Source: Sphyrna mokarran (Eukaryota). From it: a DNA stretch of 64,000 nt. The notes under the pieces were generated by a model, which saw only the letters and a program-made list of their open reading frames with translations, was not told where the DNA came from and ran no database searches. Made by a program: the position numbers and the translations under genes. The stretch lies in NCBI GenBank assembly GCA_024679065.1, contig JAGIQG010000019.1, forward strand, positions 23,622,001 through 23,686,000, written 5' to 3'. Of the stretch, positions 25,042-38,029 are shown in pieces. Each line of letters opens with the position of its first letter. Position 1 is the first letter of the stretch.

Positions 25042-25418
25042 AGGGAGGTGGTGGTATAGGGGTAGTGTCACTGGACAAGTAATCTAGAGACACAGGGTGA
25101 TGTTTTGGGGAATTGGGTTCAAATCACACCAGAGCAGATGGTGAAATATGAATTAAATAAAAATCTGGAATTAGAAGTTGGATGATCATGAAATCTGTCA
25201 ATTGTTATGGAAACCTAAGTGGTTGACTGAAGTCCTTTCAAGAAGGAAATCTACTGTCCTTCTTCGGCCTGCAAGTGACTCCAGGCCCACAACAATGTGG
25301 TTGACTCTTAAAAATGCCCTCTGAAATGACCAGCAAGCTCATTCAATTCAAGGATAATTAGGGATGGGCAATAAATGCTGGCTCAGCCAATGCTATCCAC
25401 ATCCCATGAATTTTTAAA
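25042..25418 (+). mobile_element. tRNA-derived SINE (second family), full length
   Basis: Head ggaggtggtggtatagggg...gggttcaaatc; tail aattagggatgggcaataaatgctggctcagcc...ccacatcccatgaa, shared with the LINE end at 51900-51975. Confidence 0.75.
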
Positions 25419-27199
25419 AGCTACTTTTACTGTATGTTCTACATCATGTCCATTTAATCCTTTTAAATTTATCAACCAGAAAACTCTGTACATTATTCCC
25501 TTCCTAATATTGCAACAAAATTCGTGTTGCTTAAAATGCAAAAATCATACCACACCATCAGTAAATCTACACTATGCCATCTAAACTCTCAACAGCATTT
25601 ATATTGCATGGAACCTAACACTACATACATGACTGTAACAAAGCACCCAGGATTCTAAAAATTCTTACTACTCATCTCAATCAGGTTAATTATTCTCTAC
25701 TTTGCTCAGGTCACTCTTGCAATGAGTAATTGATTTTCAGATCTCAGTTAGTGGCACCCAGAGCAAAAGTCCACATGGCCATGGTTCTCATATGAGCAGC
25801 TAATTTATGCTATTTGGACCTTAATAACTTTGATGCTGGAAATACTATTAAGTCTGCTATTACCTGACATTTTGCAAGTTTTCTTCTACTTTTACACTGT
25901 CATGGGGAAAACAAGATATAGAAATGGTCTTCAACAATGCACATCTTTTAAATGTTCATATTATGGTTAGGCAATTCATCTGATTTTTCACCTGCTTTTT
26001 GATAGAAGTAGGTAGCTTCTGCTCTATGCCTGTCAGTCACAATGCATAACATTTTCAGTGTTGTTCTTTAACAACTTAAAATAATACATGTCATGGAATG
26101 GAAACAGGATCTATTGCATTATCGATAAACTCATTTTTCAGAGTTGCATGTCAGGATACAATGTTGCACAATGCAAAGGTGACAAACCATATCTTATTCA
26201 AAGGTTTGGCCAAATGCCACTGACTGACTAATTGCACACTGGTGATGCAAAGCCACTTCCAACTCACTTCGCAAAATTACAGCAATGATAATTCACCAAT
26301 CCTACAATAGGCTCTGATCAAGTGTTTATTACCAGACTTGCCAATCTTCTACACTTGCTCAGGAATCTCCCAGAATTGACAGTAGCTCCCCTGTACACCG
26401 CTGTTAACCTCCAGGAAAAAAAAAAGCACTTTACAGCTACAGAGTGAAGAATTTCACAGCAATAAAATTGTGATGTACAATTACACCATCCACACCTACA
26501 CTAATAATTTGAAAAAGCTGCTCGACTGCCTCAGCTATTCTTGCTTGCCTCCCAACATCAGCCCGAATTTCTTCGGTTGGTCCTGTGTCATAAGCTTATT
26601 TTACAACGTAAATCCTAACTAGCCCCGAGGTAATTCCCCACTTGAGAAATTTAGCTGTGCCTAGAAGTCCAGCCTGCAATATTCACAGTTGGGCCATTTG
26701 ATCATCAACAGGCCAAGGATGGGAAGCTGACAGAAACCAGATGTGGTTTGGTAACCTATTGAAGGATGGCAAGGAGCCACAAGCTGCAATCCCAGGGTGT
26801 ACTGATCAGACTAGTAACAGTTTACAATGACATGTACTGTCAAACCTATGCTTTGCATTTTTCTCATCACTGTGGCTTTAATGTTGCTCCTGGAGGAAAT
26901 AGGAGCTCATGAATTACATTAGATTTTAACTTGCTACATTCTGTAAAAAGTTAGAAAGCTACAGTATCTTTAGAAAGTAGTTAACTCTATCCTTTTTTTT
27001 GTATTTGGAATTCATTTGGTGTTCCTCACTGTAGTCAATGATATTTATTTAAATGCTTCCACTTCATATTCTGATTTGTAAATTATGCTTTATATTGAGA
27101 TGAATTACAAGTCAAATATTTTACATGGAGAATGATAGAGATACTCATTAAATAAAAACATGCATTTATAAATAATGGGCAAATACCATTATTAAAAAA

Positions 27200-27480
27200 A
27201 ACCTATAGAATATTGGAATCCACAAAGTGCAGAAAGACGACATTTGCTCTTTGAGCCTGCACAGACAACAATCTCATCCAGGTCCCATCTCCACACATTT
27301 ACACTGCCAATAAGGGGCAATTTAGCATAGTCAACCTAACCTGCACATCTCTGGACTGAGGGGGGAAACCCACACGCACACTGGAAGAACTTGCAAACTC
27401 TACACTCACACAAGGTCAGAACAGAACCCAGGTCCCTGGCACAGAGCCAACAGTGCCTCCACTGTGCCATCATGCTGCCC
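27200..27480 (-). mobile_element. HE1/V-SINE
   Basis: ggggcaatttagcatagtcaacctaacctgcacatct...aacccaggtccctggcac...actgtgccatcatgctgccc. Confidence 0.8.
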
Positions 27481-28820
27481 TAAATATAAATTGTATTTAG
27501 ATATTGTCTTTTAGGTTGCAAAATTCACAGGAGTGTTGTCAAAATGTTGACACTGAACCACAAAAGGAAATATTAGGGCAAGTGAGTCAAATTTTGGTAA
27601 AGGGGAAGATTTCAAGGAACATTTGAAAAGGGAGTAGAGGATTTAGGGAGGGAATTTCAGAACTTATGTCTTAAAAAAATAGAAAGCACAGTCGATGGTG
27701 CAGTGATTAAGATCTTCCAAGAGGTCACAATTGGAGGTGTGCAGAGATCTGGAAACAAGGAAGAAGTGTTCAATAAATGCATTGCTGGAACAAGAGCTAT
27801 CAGGATTAAGCATGAACAATATTGCATCACCAAATGTCACATTCACACCACTAGGAATGTCAAATAGCTAAAATTATGTTTTTATATTGCGTACCTCAGT
27901 AAAACCTAGAATTCCTTCAGTATTTTTGTAAGGCTTTACCTGCCTCATTTTCTGCATTAAATGCCCTGTGGGCCAATCTCTCTGCTCTTTCACAGAATGC
28001 TGGATCAAGTTCGACAGAATAGGATCCTTCAGGTATCTTTTCTTTATGCATTAGCCTGATAGTGAACATTAACTGCCGATCTGGCAGCTACTTGAGGGGT
28101 ATTATGGCTAAGCCAAATCCTATTAATATTTACGTACAACCATTTTCAGCATGTTATTAGATAAGGTACTGGAGTGTGAACCGTAGCTGATGTTCCTCTG
28201 TGTAAGAGGATGCCACTCCAATGGATTACAGAGGGAATGCAGAACCTATCCCATATGTGTACCTCCCTATTCATCTAACCAGTAAGCCATCAAGGCATCT
28301 TCATAACCACTAGTAATGAATAGTGTTCTAATTATTAGGGCACTGATCACCAATATTATCATGTTTTCAGTTAAGCAATACCATTCATTTCTTTAGGTTA
28401 GAGATTCCTGATCAGATTCTGCAACGGTGACAATGGTTCCAGCTTGTGGCCTAATTTAGCTAGTCCTGAAATATTTAGGCAAGAAAATGTTAATTTACTT
28501 CCAGTCACTAGGGATTATTTTTTGCTTCACAAAATCTAAGTGCATTTTTATTTTTAAATTATAGGTTTGAAAAAAAAAATACCTGTTCTACCTCTAATGT
28601 CCAAAAAAACATTTACAGAATTAATTGAAAACAAATATAAATTAACAGACATTTCACCACAGGAAACACATTCAAAAATTCTACAGCTACCCACCTTCCC
28701 ATTGTTAGCAGAATATTACAACATTTTGTTACAAATATCCCATACAAATGTGACAAATCACTGAACACAAAAACAGCAAAGCATAATTTAGGGAATATGC
28801 AACAAACAGATTGCATCACA

Positions 28821-28826
28821 TTTATT
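28821..28826 (-). terminator. Candidate distal polyadenylation signal AAUAAA
   Basis: TTTATT on + strand; UGUA just upstream in mRNA sense (28838-28841) and GU/U-rich sequence downstream (tgctttgctgtttttgtgtt). Confidence 0.6.
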
Positions 28827-29198
28827 CCTTCCCAAAGTACAATTTTAAACTGATGTGCCTGTAGTCAACCAAACATTTGTTCTATAGTTATAACACTTTA
28901 CAAATTTCAGTTTCAAACCAGTTCAGCTGCTTATAAAAGTTACTACAAAGCAAATCTGTACACTTTCTACAATAAATTAAAAAACACAGATGCAGGCACA
29001 AATTGTTCTTAAAAAATTGTGTACAGGTCCCATATTAAATCACAGCAGAAAAGAAATGTAATATTAAAATACTCCTCCCAAAGTAAAAAAAAGTTACAAG
29101 TTTGTTTGAAGTGAATTCATGTACAATATACACAGGCTACAAAACCACTTAGTACAACAAGCACTCCAGCATATCAGGTATTCTGGGCAATAAATGCC

Positions 29199-29201
<3 letters not shown>

Positions 29202-29236
<35 letters not shown>
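29202..29236. repeat. (GT)n microsatellite, read as (CA)n in the BRD1 3'UTR
   Basis: About 17 uninterrupted GT units. Confidence 0.95.
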
Positions 29237-29237
<1 letters not shown>

Positions 29238-30471
29238 TAATTTTAAAACTGAATTTCATAAATATCTGAAAATCAAACCTGCATACCAGTTTCCCGTTCA
29301 ATATACCTTTAAGTATTTTAGAAGTATCACTTTAAATGGTGTTTAAGGATAATGCTATGTTTTGGTAAATCATTTTTTTCAGCACCATGAATTGAATCAA
29401 ACATAAAGCAGCGATGTAGAAGGCAAGGTGTTCATTTAATATTGCACTAAACTAACAAGTTCAAGATTCAAGTGGTCAAGTCTTCGGCTAGGAGGAAAAT
29501 ATAAAATGGGTTTAAAAACTCCTGCCCACCTATTACAGATAATAATTGTAATAGGGTGCACTCTTTAAACTTACCCATCAATAGAAAAGTATTCATATGT
29601 TAAGTGACTTTGATCTGCCTCATCTTCAGACTGACAAGATAATGCATCACATGGTTTTTGATAGTATAAAGTACAAGATTTCAAAAGTATTATGCTTTTT
29701 GGGGAAGACAAGGATGCCTATATTCTTTTCACATGCTTTGGTTGATACTACAATTATAGTTAGCACCAGTTCAAAATTATTGTTTTAAGGGATTTTTAAA
29801 AATAAAACCTAGAATAATATAGGCACACTGTAGGGAAACTTTACTCTGATAAGCATGTGCTTGATTTCTAATATTATGAAACACAACCCAACTTAAAATA
29901 TTCAACAAACGAGAATCAAAATTTCTTTTGGTAAGAAATACAAAAGCTCATTTTACTGCTCTATTGCACACCATTTAAAATTATCTTGATTTTGACCAGC
30001 TTTTCCTTTTTAACTTTTCCAGCATATTTTGCACCAAAATTACCTGCTGCATGGCACTTGGTTACATCAACAGCTTTTTTCTGTTTATTTAATAAGTTAC
30101 AGAACATTCAGATTATATAAAAAAGTACCAGAAACAGATAGTAACCAATTTTGACTAACAGAATAATTTACGGTGTGCAGCAATGTACAAGTATTTACAG
30201 CTTTTTCCTGTGACCTATAAACACTATGAACAAGTTAATCCTGTCAAAAAATTATAGCAGAAAATTTGGATGTTTACAAGAAAGATAATGATGTATGAAA
30301 AACATAATTACAGCTGGCAGTGAATCAGCAGGTGCCATAATTTCTTTAAGCACAGCTACTGGAACAATGATTGAGACAAAAGTGGAAAGTACATTCTTTA
30401 AGAACTGAGAAATGGTTCTGTAAAGCTTTCTTGGTTTTCAACTATGAATATATGGCCCATGCTTAACATTT

Positions 30472-30655
30472 TCAGTCAATGTCACTCAAGTCACTAGTTT
30501 GTTCACCTTGGACTCTGCTTCGATGCAGCATTGCCCGCTCAAAAGCAATGCGAACAGATTTCCGAATGGAAGAAGTTCGACCTTCCATCATTTTTATTTT
30601 GTCAATGGTTTCATCAATACCAAGAGGAACCACTTTGGATTTTGGAAGCCATTGC
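30472..30655 (-). CDS. BRD1: BRD1 last coding exon (WQWLPKSKVVPLGIDETIDKIKMMEGRTSSIRKSVRIAFERAMLHRSRVQGEQTSDLSDID*)
   Basis: caacAG acceptor, 184 nt to TGA at 30474-30472; C-terminus SDLSDID typical of BRD1. Exon lengths sum to 3555 nt = 1184 aa + stop. Confidence 0.97.
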
Positions 30656-31595
30656 CTGTTGATAAAGTAATAAATACATTATTTAAAAAGATAATATATA
30701 TGCTATTTCATCGTTAAAATATAAATTTTGAGATCACATTTTCTAATGTTCCCTTTCAGGATAATTATAGCCCCTCACTATTGACCCTGCTGATATCAAT
30801 TACCACAATACAGAGCAAGGAATTATCAGTGTGGTATGAACTAGTTCATGAAGTGGGTATACTTGCTGAGCTACTTAGACCAGGGCAAAACAACAAAATA
30901 TAACTGCAATTTCCAGGGCATTAAACACAGCCCTGACTTTTCTCATTGCCAGAGGAATGAGCACAACTTTGCATTCAGCAAATTATTTTTAAAAGACACC
31001 TTAGCTTGGGCATTTTCAGATGGTAACAAGATTTACACAATGGTTATTCAAAGATTAAAAACACTTTATTCTGAGGAAGTTAAGCTGTGGTAACAATGTC
31101 CTGGTATTCATTTGACTTCCATGAAGTTAAAACTTGATCTTGCAGTTTCAAGTACCTTTGGGAATTGAATTTATAACACATCATCGCAGTCAACTATAAT
31201 TACAGTTTTTGTGCATATTTTTATTATTCTGGACTTTATAACTGAATGCCAATTATGTTACTCAAATTTTATATCAATATAGTTTCAATGCGCATTTCGC
31301 ACTGTAAAACATTTTTAAGTATAGTTTAAAAAGTTAAGTTCATACTTGGGATTTCTTGGCTTATGGGGATTGGTCAAGGAACAAGTGTAGAAACTTGTTT
31401 CTTACTGACTTTTATAGTTGAGTGATCTGAAATGTAGAACTTGCAACTGCTAAAGCATTTAATTTATGTTAGTAAATTACAACATGGGTATGTCTGATCC
31501 ATATTTTGAAACTTGTAGCTTCATCAAATTAAGTAACTCACAAAAGATAGAAATCAATTACACCACAAAATAGTCTTCACCTACATTGTATATTC

Positions 31596-31693
31596 CAGTT
31601 CAACAAATTACAAAATTGCCTGGGAATTCAGTTCTAAGGTTGTGCAGTTCAACAAGTTACAAAATTGCCTGGGAATTCAGTTCGAAGTTTGTG
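31596..31693 (+). repeat. 49-bp tandem duplication in the last BRD1 intron
   Basis: cagttcaacaa(a/g)ttacaaaattgcctgggaattcagttc(t/g)aag(g/t)ttgtg twice (31596-31644, 31645-31693), 3 mismatches. Confidence 0.92.
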
Positions 31694-32378
31694 CACTCAA
31701 TACAAAAGAACACAAAACAAAAAGGAGCATAAAAATAGATCCTCATGCCTATTCCTATATTCAATGGTTGGATTTCCATCACAACTCCAATTTTTTGGCT
31801 GATCCCCATATTTTTGTATCCTCAAGATACAAATCTATCTGCCTCAGACTTGAACGTACTGAATGATGCAGCATTCACAATTCTTGAAGGAGAAAATTCC
31901 AAAGATTGACACCTCGAGTGAAGGAAATTTTCCTCATCTCAGTCTGGAATGATTAATCCTTTATTCCGATGCTGTGATCCCATTTTCTAGATTCCTTAGC
32001 CAAAGGAAATGACCTCCTGAAGGTCTTTAGAAGTGCCATTTAAAAGACAAGTTCTTTCCTTTCAAAATACTTCTACTACAATGAACAAAAATAAGCAACT
32101 TGCACTAGAACAGATAAAGATTTACTCTAGGAGAGAAACAAATTCATTGTGGCTTCATTATTTTCTAATATATCATGCAAGAGAAAGTGCCAAATCATAG
32201 GCGATTTCTCCAGTATGTAAAATGCGGCTATTGTGTTAATTCATTTCAACTGCCACTTCAAGTGATGTGGCTGAAATCTAACACCAACTCAAACAAGGAA
32301 CACTTTATAAATCTAAGCTGCGAGCAAAGCTAAAGTTCAAATGTCATTACTAAAGAGTCCCAGTGACTGCACACTTAC

Positions 32379-32533
32379 CAGCTTCGTTTGTTATCAAAGA
32401 ACAGAACAAGGTAAAGCTTCTCCCCAGCCCTCCTTTGCATTTGCTCTCCCACTTTCAGTACATCTAGAGGGGGTACAGGTATAGGCACTCCATTGTGGCG
32501 AAAACCACTTCGAGACATCTTTGGATCAATAAC
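32379..32533 (-). CDS. BRD1: BRD1 coding exon 11 ([52 protein letters not shown]; PWWP)
   Basis: aaattAG acceptor, TG|gtaagt donor, 155 nt, phase 0 to 2. Confidence 0.96.
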
Positions 32534-33826
32534 CTAATTTTTAAAAATACCAAGGGAAAAGGTTACTTCCTCCAAGCATTTTTCTTTTAAAAAACTACAA
32601 ATTGATTTCCAATTTCACAGATCAACATTATAAAGTAAAATTTCAGACAGAAAGCACAAGAAATTTTAATTCTAGGACAAAACCAATAAGAAAATCATAG
32701 CATTTGAAACATCTAACACAAATTTAAAATTAAATATGTTTCATCTGATCCTTTCAACATTGTAAGTAGAAAAAACTTTGACATTCAATCTTGAGTTTGA
32801 TCAAAAAACTTAGAAACTGATGTTCAAAAGTTGGCTTTCCATTCAACTGTTTTTTCAATACGACTGTGCAGACTTGGCTGGCCATTCGAATCTCAAAAAT
32901 GAAGTATTTGTCAAGACTGGAACCAGTGTACATACAGTTCACAAAGCACAATTTTATACTGTATAGAACACCCAATTCAACTCACTTTTGGGTAACCCTG
33001 CTCTAAATTTTTTTACCAAAATTCAAACATTGCTTTTTGAATACAATAATTTAATACATAAACAGTAATATTTCTGCATTACAAATTCAATCATTGTCAC
33101 CTGTAGGCTAGATCAGTAAAGGATAGCAGATTTTCAACTCAAAAAGACATTAGCAAACCAGATGGGTTTTACATCAGCCTGATAGCTTCATGATTATTAC
33201 CTCTACTACAATTTTATTCCAAATTTATTAAACAAAGTTAAGGGGTAGTGAACTCATTTCACTGGAGCATCAATCTAGGCCTCTTGATTTCTACTCCAGC
33301 AACATCACCATATGCTACAATTTTCCTCTACAGATTAAAAACCCAGTATTGTCCTAAATAGTTTATACATTATTCATTACAGACCATTTATTGCAGTCAA
33401 GATTAATGCAAATTTATCAATATCTCATTACTGTTTATATGCTCAAATAAACTCATCACTATATCAATGTGTTAGTTTGGCACCAAAATTTCATTTTCCC
33501 TATGATTTGATATGCCACACATGTCCAACAGCAAGGTGAACTTACTGCTAAGCTTATGTTCCAAATAACCAAATAGGAGGTGCAAAACAAATCTAGTGAG
33601 TTTCCTTTTCAATATGTTCCTATATGGGAGATGTTAAGTTCATGTTGTTTCTGGGAAACACCAATGTATGGTGCAAAATCAAATACTATTTTGAACCTTT
33701 ATCCGACTATTCTGACATACTGTATTGGAACCCATATGCATTAGACTATAATGCCATTCTTTAAATAAACATTGTCAATCTTATTTCTACTTGTTAACTA
33801 CAATAAATACAAAGAGTTTTACTCAC

Positions 33827-33933
33827 CAATGCAGGATATGATGGATACCCACTACATTTTGCCCAAATCAATTTTAAGGGCTCCAAAGCAGAACTGGAAT
33901 CTGCAGAAGTCCACATACTGTTTTGGCCAACCT
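33827..33933 (-). CDS. BRD1: BRD1 coding exon 10 (EVGQNSMWTSADSSSALEPLKLIWAKCSGYPSYPAL; PWWP start)
   Basis: tttttccAG acceptor, TTG|gtgagt donor, 107 nt, phase 1 to 0; WAKCSGYPSYPAL is the BRD1-type PWWP motif. Confidence 0.96.
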
Positions 33934-34109
33934 CTGGAAAAACAACATTCTATAATAACTACAAGCTTGAATTTCTTCGACAGCAAAAGAAATATTTGCC
34001 CCTACAAATGTCAGAAAGGATTCAAAAATTGAACAATTCAAATTCCAGCTACTGGGTCTATTTAGGTGAAAATTTAATATTTCACCATTACCTTGCTGGC
34101 AGACTCGTA

Positions 34110-34735
34110 TGACAAAAAGGGAGTGTTTAACCACAAGAAATATTGGCAATAAATCAAGGAACCAACGAGCCATCTCCACCATTCAACATGAGGAGGATTG
34201 ACCTTCTCTGTTTCCACTCCACTTTTCCCCACTTGTTTCCAATTTCCCTGGTACCTTAATATCTGTCTATCTCAGCCTAAATACACTCAAAGGGGCAACT
34301 GCAGCCCTCTGGAAAACCAACTGCAAAGAGTCAACAATTTGAGTGAAGATATTTCTCCTAACCTCAAGTTCCTTTTCTTGAGACAGTGACCCAGTGTTTC
34401 AGATTGCCAGCCACTGCGAACAACCTCAAGTGTCTACTTCTGTCATGTCCTGCATTTTTTAAATAATGCATCTCTTTTTCTTCTAAACTCCAGAGACAGT
34501 AGGCCCAGTTTACTCAAGTTCCTATTCATAGGAGAACCGTCATTACTCAAGGACCAATCTATAGAACCATGGCTGTACTGCCTCCAATGCCATTATGTCC
34601 TTCCTCAAGCAAAAAGACAAAAACTGCTAAGTATTTGAGGTGTGGTCAAACCAAAGTCTTATAAAACCATAGCAAGACTTCTTCAGTCCTGCACTTCAAT
34701 CATCTTGCAATTTAAAGGCCAACACTGCCCTTTTG
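34110..34735 (-). mobile_element. Old CR1 LINE 3' fragment
   Basis: Reverse-strand CR1 C-terminal signatures (cttctaaactccagaga..aggcccagtttactcaa..; aaaactgc..agtatt.gaggtgtggtc). Confidence 0.65.
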
Positions 34736-35079
34736 CTGTCATTAATTAAAATCTTTTGATGATCATTATTCTATGATCGTTCACATCCAGGTAAGTGAAA
34801 TTAATTACTAATCTACAAAAAGAGGCACAGGCATAATGGGTCTAAACGCCTTTTTCTGTTTTGTACCATTCTATGATTTTCACAACCTATTTTGTAAATA
34901 TAGCCAAACTCCAGAGAGTAGGAGTCATTACTTTTCAGCTAATCAAAGACCTACAACATGACCAAATTGATTTTTTGATGCATGAAATGTACGTGGCCAA
35001 CAGTCATATCTTGATACTAACTAACAGTGTAAGAAAAATTTAAGAATTTAATAATATTTAATATTGTTTTATTTTAATT

Positions 35080-35440
35080 CACAAGATTAAAAAAGGTGGC
35101 CATTTGGCCCATCAACTTAGCATGTCAATATGCTAAACATGAGAATGTGCAACCTCCACACAGTGACCTGAGGCCAGAATTGAATCTGGGTTTCTTGTGC
35201 TGTAAGGCAGCAGTGCTAATGTACTGTGCCACTGTACCATTCTCCCCATATCTGCATGGGTTTCCTCTGGGTGCTCCAGTTTCCTCCCACAGTCCAACGA
35301 TGTATGGGTTAGGCTGACTGGCCATGCGAATCTGACCCTAGCATTGGGGGGATTAGCAAGATAAATGTGGATTAACGGGAATAAGGCCGAGATGCAAACT
35401 CAATGGGCAAAATGGCTCCTTCTCACTAGGAATTCTGATA
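35080..35440. mobile_element. Rearranged HE1/V-SINE: inverted head joined to forward body
   Basis: 35141-35238 is the SINE 5' part in minus orientation; 35238-35440 continues from the same point in plus orientation. Confidence 0.75.
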
Positions 35441-35449
35441 TTTTATGGT

Positions 35450-35885
35450 ACAATAACTAGTAGGCCATCTAGCCCCTCGAGCCTGCTCCACTATTCAATA
35501 AGATCATGGCTGATCTTTTCGTGGACTCAACTCTGCTTACCCATCCACTCACCACAGCCCTTAATTCCTTTATTCTTCAAAAATTTACTTATCCTTGCCT
35601 TAAAAACATTTAATGAGGTAGCCTCAACTGCTTCAAGAGGGAATTCCACAGATTTGCAACACTTGGGTGTAGAAGTTTCTCTTCAACTCAGTCCTAAATT
35701 TCTTCCCCCTTATTTTGGGGCCATGCCCCCTAGTTCTAGTTTCACATGCAGGTGGAAACACCTTCCTTGCTTCTATCTTATCAACTCTTCTATCATAACT
35801 TCTATCATGTTTCTACCCAACCTCCCCACATTCTTCTGAATTGCAATGAGTATTGCCTCAGACTACTCAGTCTTTCCCCATAAGC
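35450..35885 (-). mobile_element. CR1/HER1-type LINE 3' fragment
   Basis: Reverse complement aligns by eye to 38300-38720 (gaggtagcctc, cccttaattcc, gatcatggctgatc). Confidence 0.85.
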
Positions 35886-36179
35886 CATATTAATGCTTAA
35901 CAACAATTTTCAAAAACTAAATGTAGCAAACAGTTTTCAATCACTTCTTTGTTTAAAGTTCAGAAAATGCAACAGAATTCCCGTCTGAAATCTGTCTAAA
36001 CAAAGTAATCAACATCCATTTATCCAATATGTTTACATATCTAAAACAAAGGAACATTTTTACAGTTTCCTGATGTTATCAATATAGAATACGCATATAA
36101 AATTTACCGACCTATCATAGCTTAATTAGTCTGTACTTGAACAAAAGGAAATGTTTTAGCATAGCTCCGTATCATTTAC

Positions 36180-36310
36180 CTGCTGCAATTCTAGCTGCTT
36201 TGGCAAAATTACCATTTTCAATGCAAGCAATCAACTCATTTCTGTTTTCTAAGGGGTTTCTTCGAGCCAATGCTGGTTTTCCTTTGCCACATTTTGGAAG
36301 GCTTATTGTG
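36180..36310 (-). CDS. BRD1: BRD1 coding exon 9 (STISLPKCGKGKPALARRNPLENRNELIACIENGNFAKAARIAA)
   Basis: ctctgtcAG acceptor, G|gtaaat donor, 131 nt, phase 2 to 1; PKCGxGKPAL and CIENGNxAKAARIAA motifs. Confidence 0.95.
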
Positions 36311-36514
36311 CTGACAGAGGGGAAAAAATTAGAAATATTTTCATTGCAAGTATGCTCAAACCTGGAATGATCACGTGTTTTTTAATGCCACAATATCTTA
36401 AAATGCACATTTTTGACTCTTACCACAGAAGTTGCCAGATCTGTTGAATATTTTCAGCATTTCATTTTTATTTTCAGATTTACAGCATCTGCAGTATTTT
36501 TATTTTATTGTAAC

Positions 36515-36875
36515 ACAGGTTCAGTTAGTAGCACTTGTGCTGGAGTCAGAAGGTAGTGAGTCCCTACTCCAGGACTCGAGTACAAAAATCAAGGCTGACA
36601 CTCCTCTACAGTACTGAGGAAGAGCTGCATATCAGGAGAGACTGAGGCACCATCTGCCCTATCAGGGAAGACAACTGGGGAATTATACCCAGTGTCCTGC
36701 CGAATACTTACTCTTCAATGAGCATTATAGAAACAAGTTATCTGGTCTTTATCATGTTAGTATTTGTGGAAGTCTGCTGTGCTCATTACAACAAATATTA
36801 CACATCAAAAGTATTTAATTGACTGTAAAGTCCAAAGATGAAGGGTGCTGTTTCAATGCACTTCTTTTTCTTTTC
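36515..36875 (+). mobile_element. DeuSINE (SacSINE1-like)
   Basis: ggctgacactcc...cagtactgagg...cccagtgtcctgccgaata...ttatctggtc..tatca...aaaagtatttaattgactgtaaag. Confidence 0.7.
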
Positions 36876-37442
36876 ACTGTTCGAATGAAATAATGCTGCA
36901 ACAATTTTAAAATAGGCCAGATTTATTACACATGAATAGAAGCACCTGCCACAGTGTGTGCAAATTTTCTTTATAAATTTGTATTTTTCCCCATTTAAAA
37001 GACAACTTCCTGACATAAATCTGCACAAATTGGTTACTTGTAGCTGAGTCATTTTATTCTCTTATTCCATCAGTTCAGATGCTACAGTAAATCTCATCAA
37101 GTAACCACTGTTGAAATTTTAAAAAGCTAATAAAGAAAGGAGTTTTTAGATTTCTTTTCCACCCGATTATCAAATAGCACCATGCTATATCAGCCTTCAG
37201 GCCTTCTTTCTACTATTGATGGCATTTTAGTCATATCAATCAAATATTAAAGTATAACAAATAATTAGCTTGTATTTTACACAAATTATATTAGTCCATT
37301 AGCAAACACGCTACAAGAATAAAAGTAAAACATTCAATTTCTAAATCAAAATAACTGTAAATTCAGCATTGAACAAATAATTTTGCCATTCCTTCCAAAA
37401 TCAACATAAAACACCATTTGGTTTATGTATTAATATAGTTAC

Positions 37443-37575
37443 CTTGCGTGGTTGGAAACCACACTGACACTAGTGCAGATACTTGATTCTGAAGCACAAC
37501 GACGACGGTGATGATCAGTTGTATTAGTTTGTGTGGTTTCTGGTTTTTCTTCATTGCCAAATCCATTGGATAATG
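37443..37575 (-). CDS. BRD1: BRD1 coding exon 8 (ALSNGFGNEEKPETTQTNTTDHHRRRCASESSICTSVSVVSNHA)
   Basis: Hand translation; tttctccAG acceptor, AG|gtaact donor, 133 nt, phase 1 to 2; conserved NGFG and RRRCASESSI motifs. Confidence 0.93.
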
Positions 37576-38029
37576 CTGGAGAAATAAAAATTGATTAAGC
37601 ATAAAATTAAAACACCAAATCTTGATCAATTCCTGGACTAAAATTTTGTTTGAACAAAATTTTGTCAAATTGAACAATGAGATCCTGAACAAAGATTTGT
37701 TGCACTAGAATATTTCTTTTGCTCCACATTGGAATAATTTTCTTTTGAGAAACAGTAAAGGATTATTTTGCTCAATAAATATTTCTCTTTTCACACAATT
37801 CTCAATTCCACCCAACTTTCCTTCAATTTCAAAAAAAGACTTAATTGCTTCTTCAAATCAATTCATACTATTAATAACAAAGAAAGCCAGGTTATCAACT
37901 GAAATGATTTTGAATAAATTAGGAAAACTGACAACAACTGACTAAACTAGAAAAGTGAGACTGGGGAAGTAGAATACATTTCTTTAGCCTTTGATAGGAT
38001 GTGGGCATCAATAGAAAGGCCAGCATTTG

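Larger units (their letters stand above)
28800..30471 (-). other. BRD1: Putative BRD1 3'UTR (about 1.7 kb, AU-rich, no recognisable transposon)
   Basis: Follows the stop codon; many UGUA motifs; AAUAAA at 30084-30089 and 28821-28826; the end is inferred. Confidence 0.65.

Noticed and set aside
1-28500. Protein-coding genes among the many 60-137 aa ORFs
   Set aside because: Most overlap SINE, LINE or MITE relics or are low-complexity. None shows a recognisable domain or a consistent splice-phase chain.
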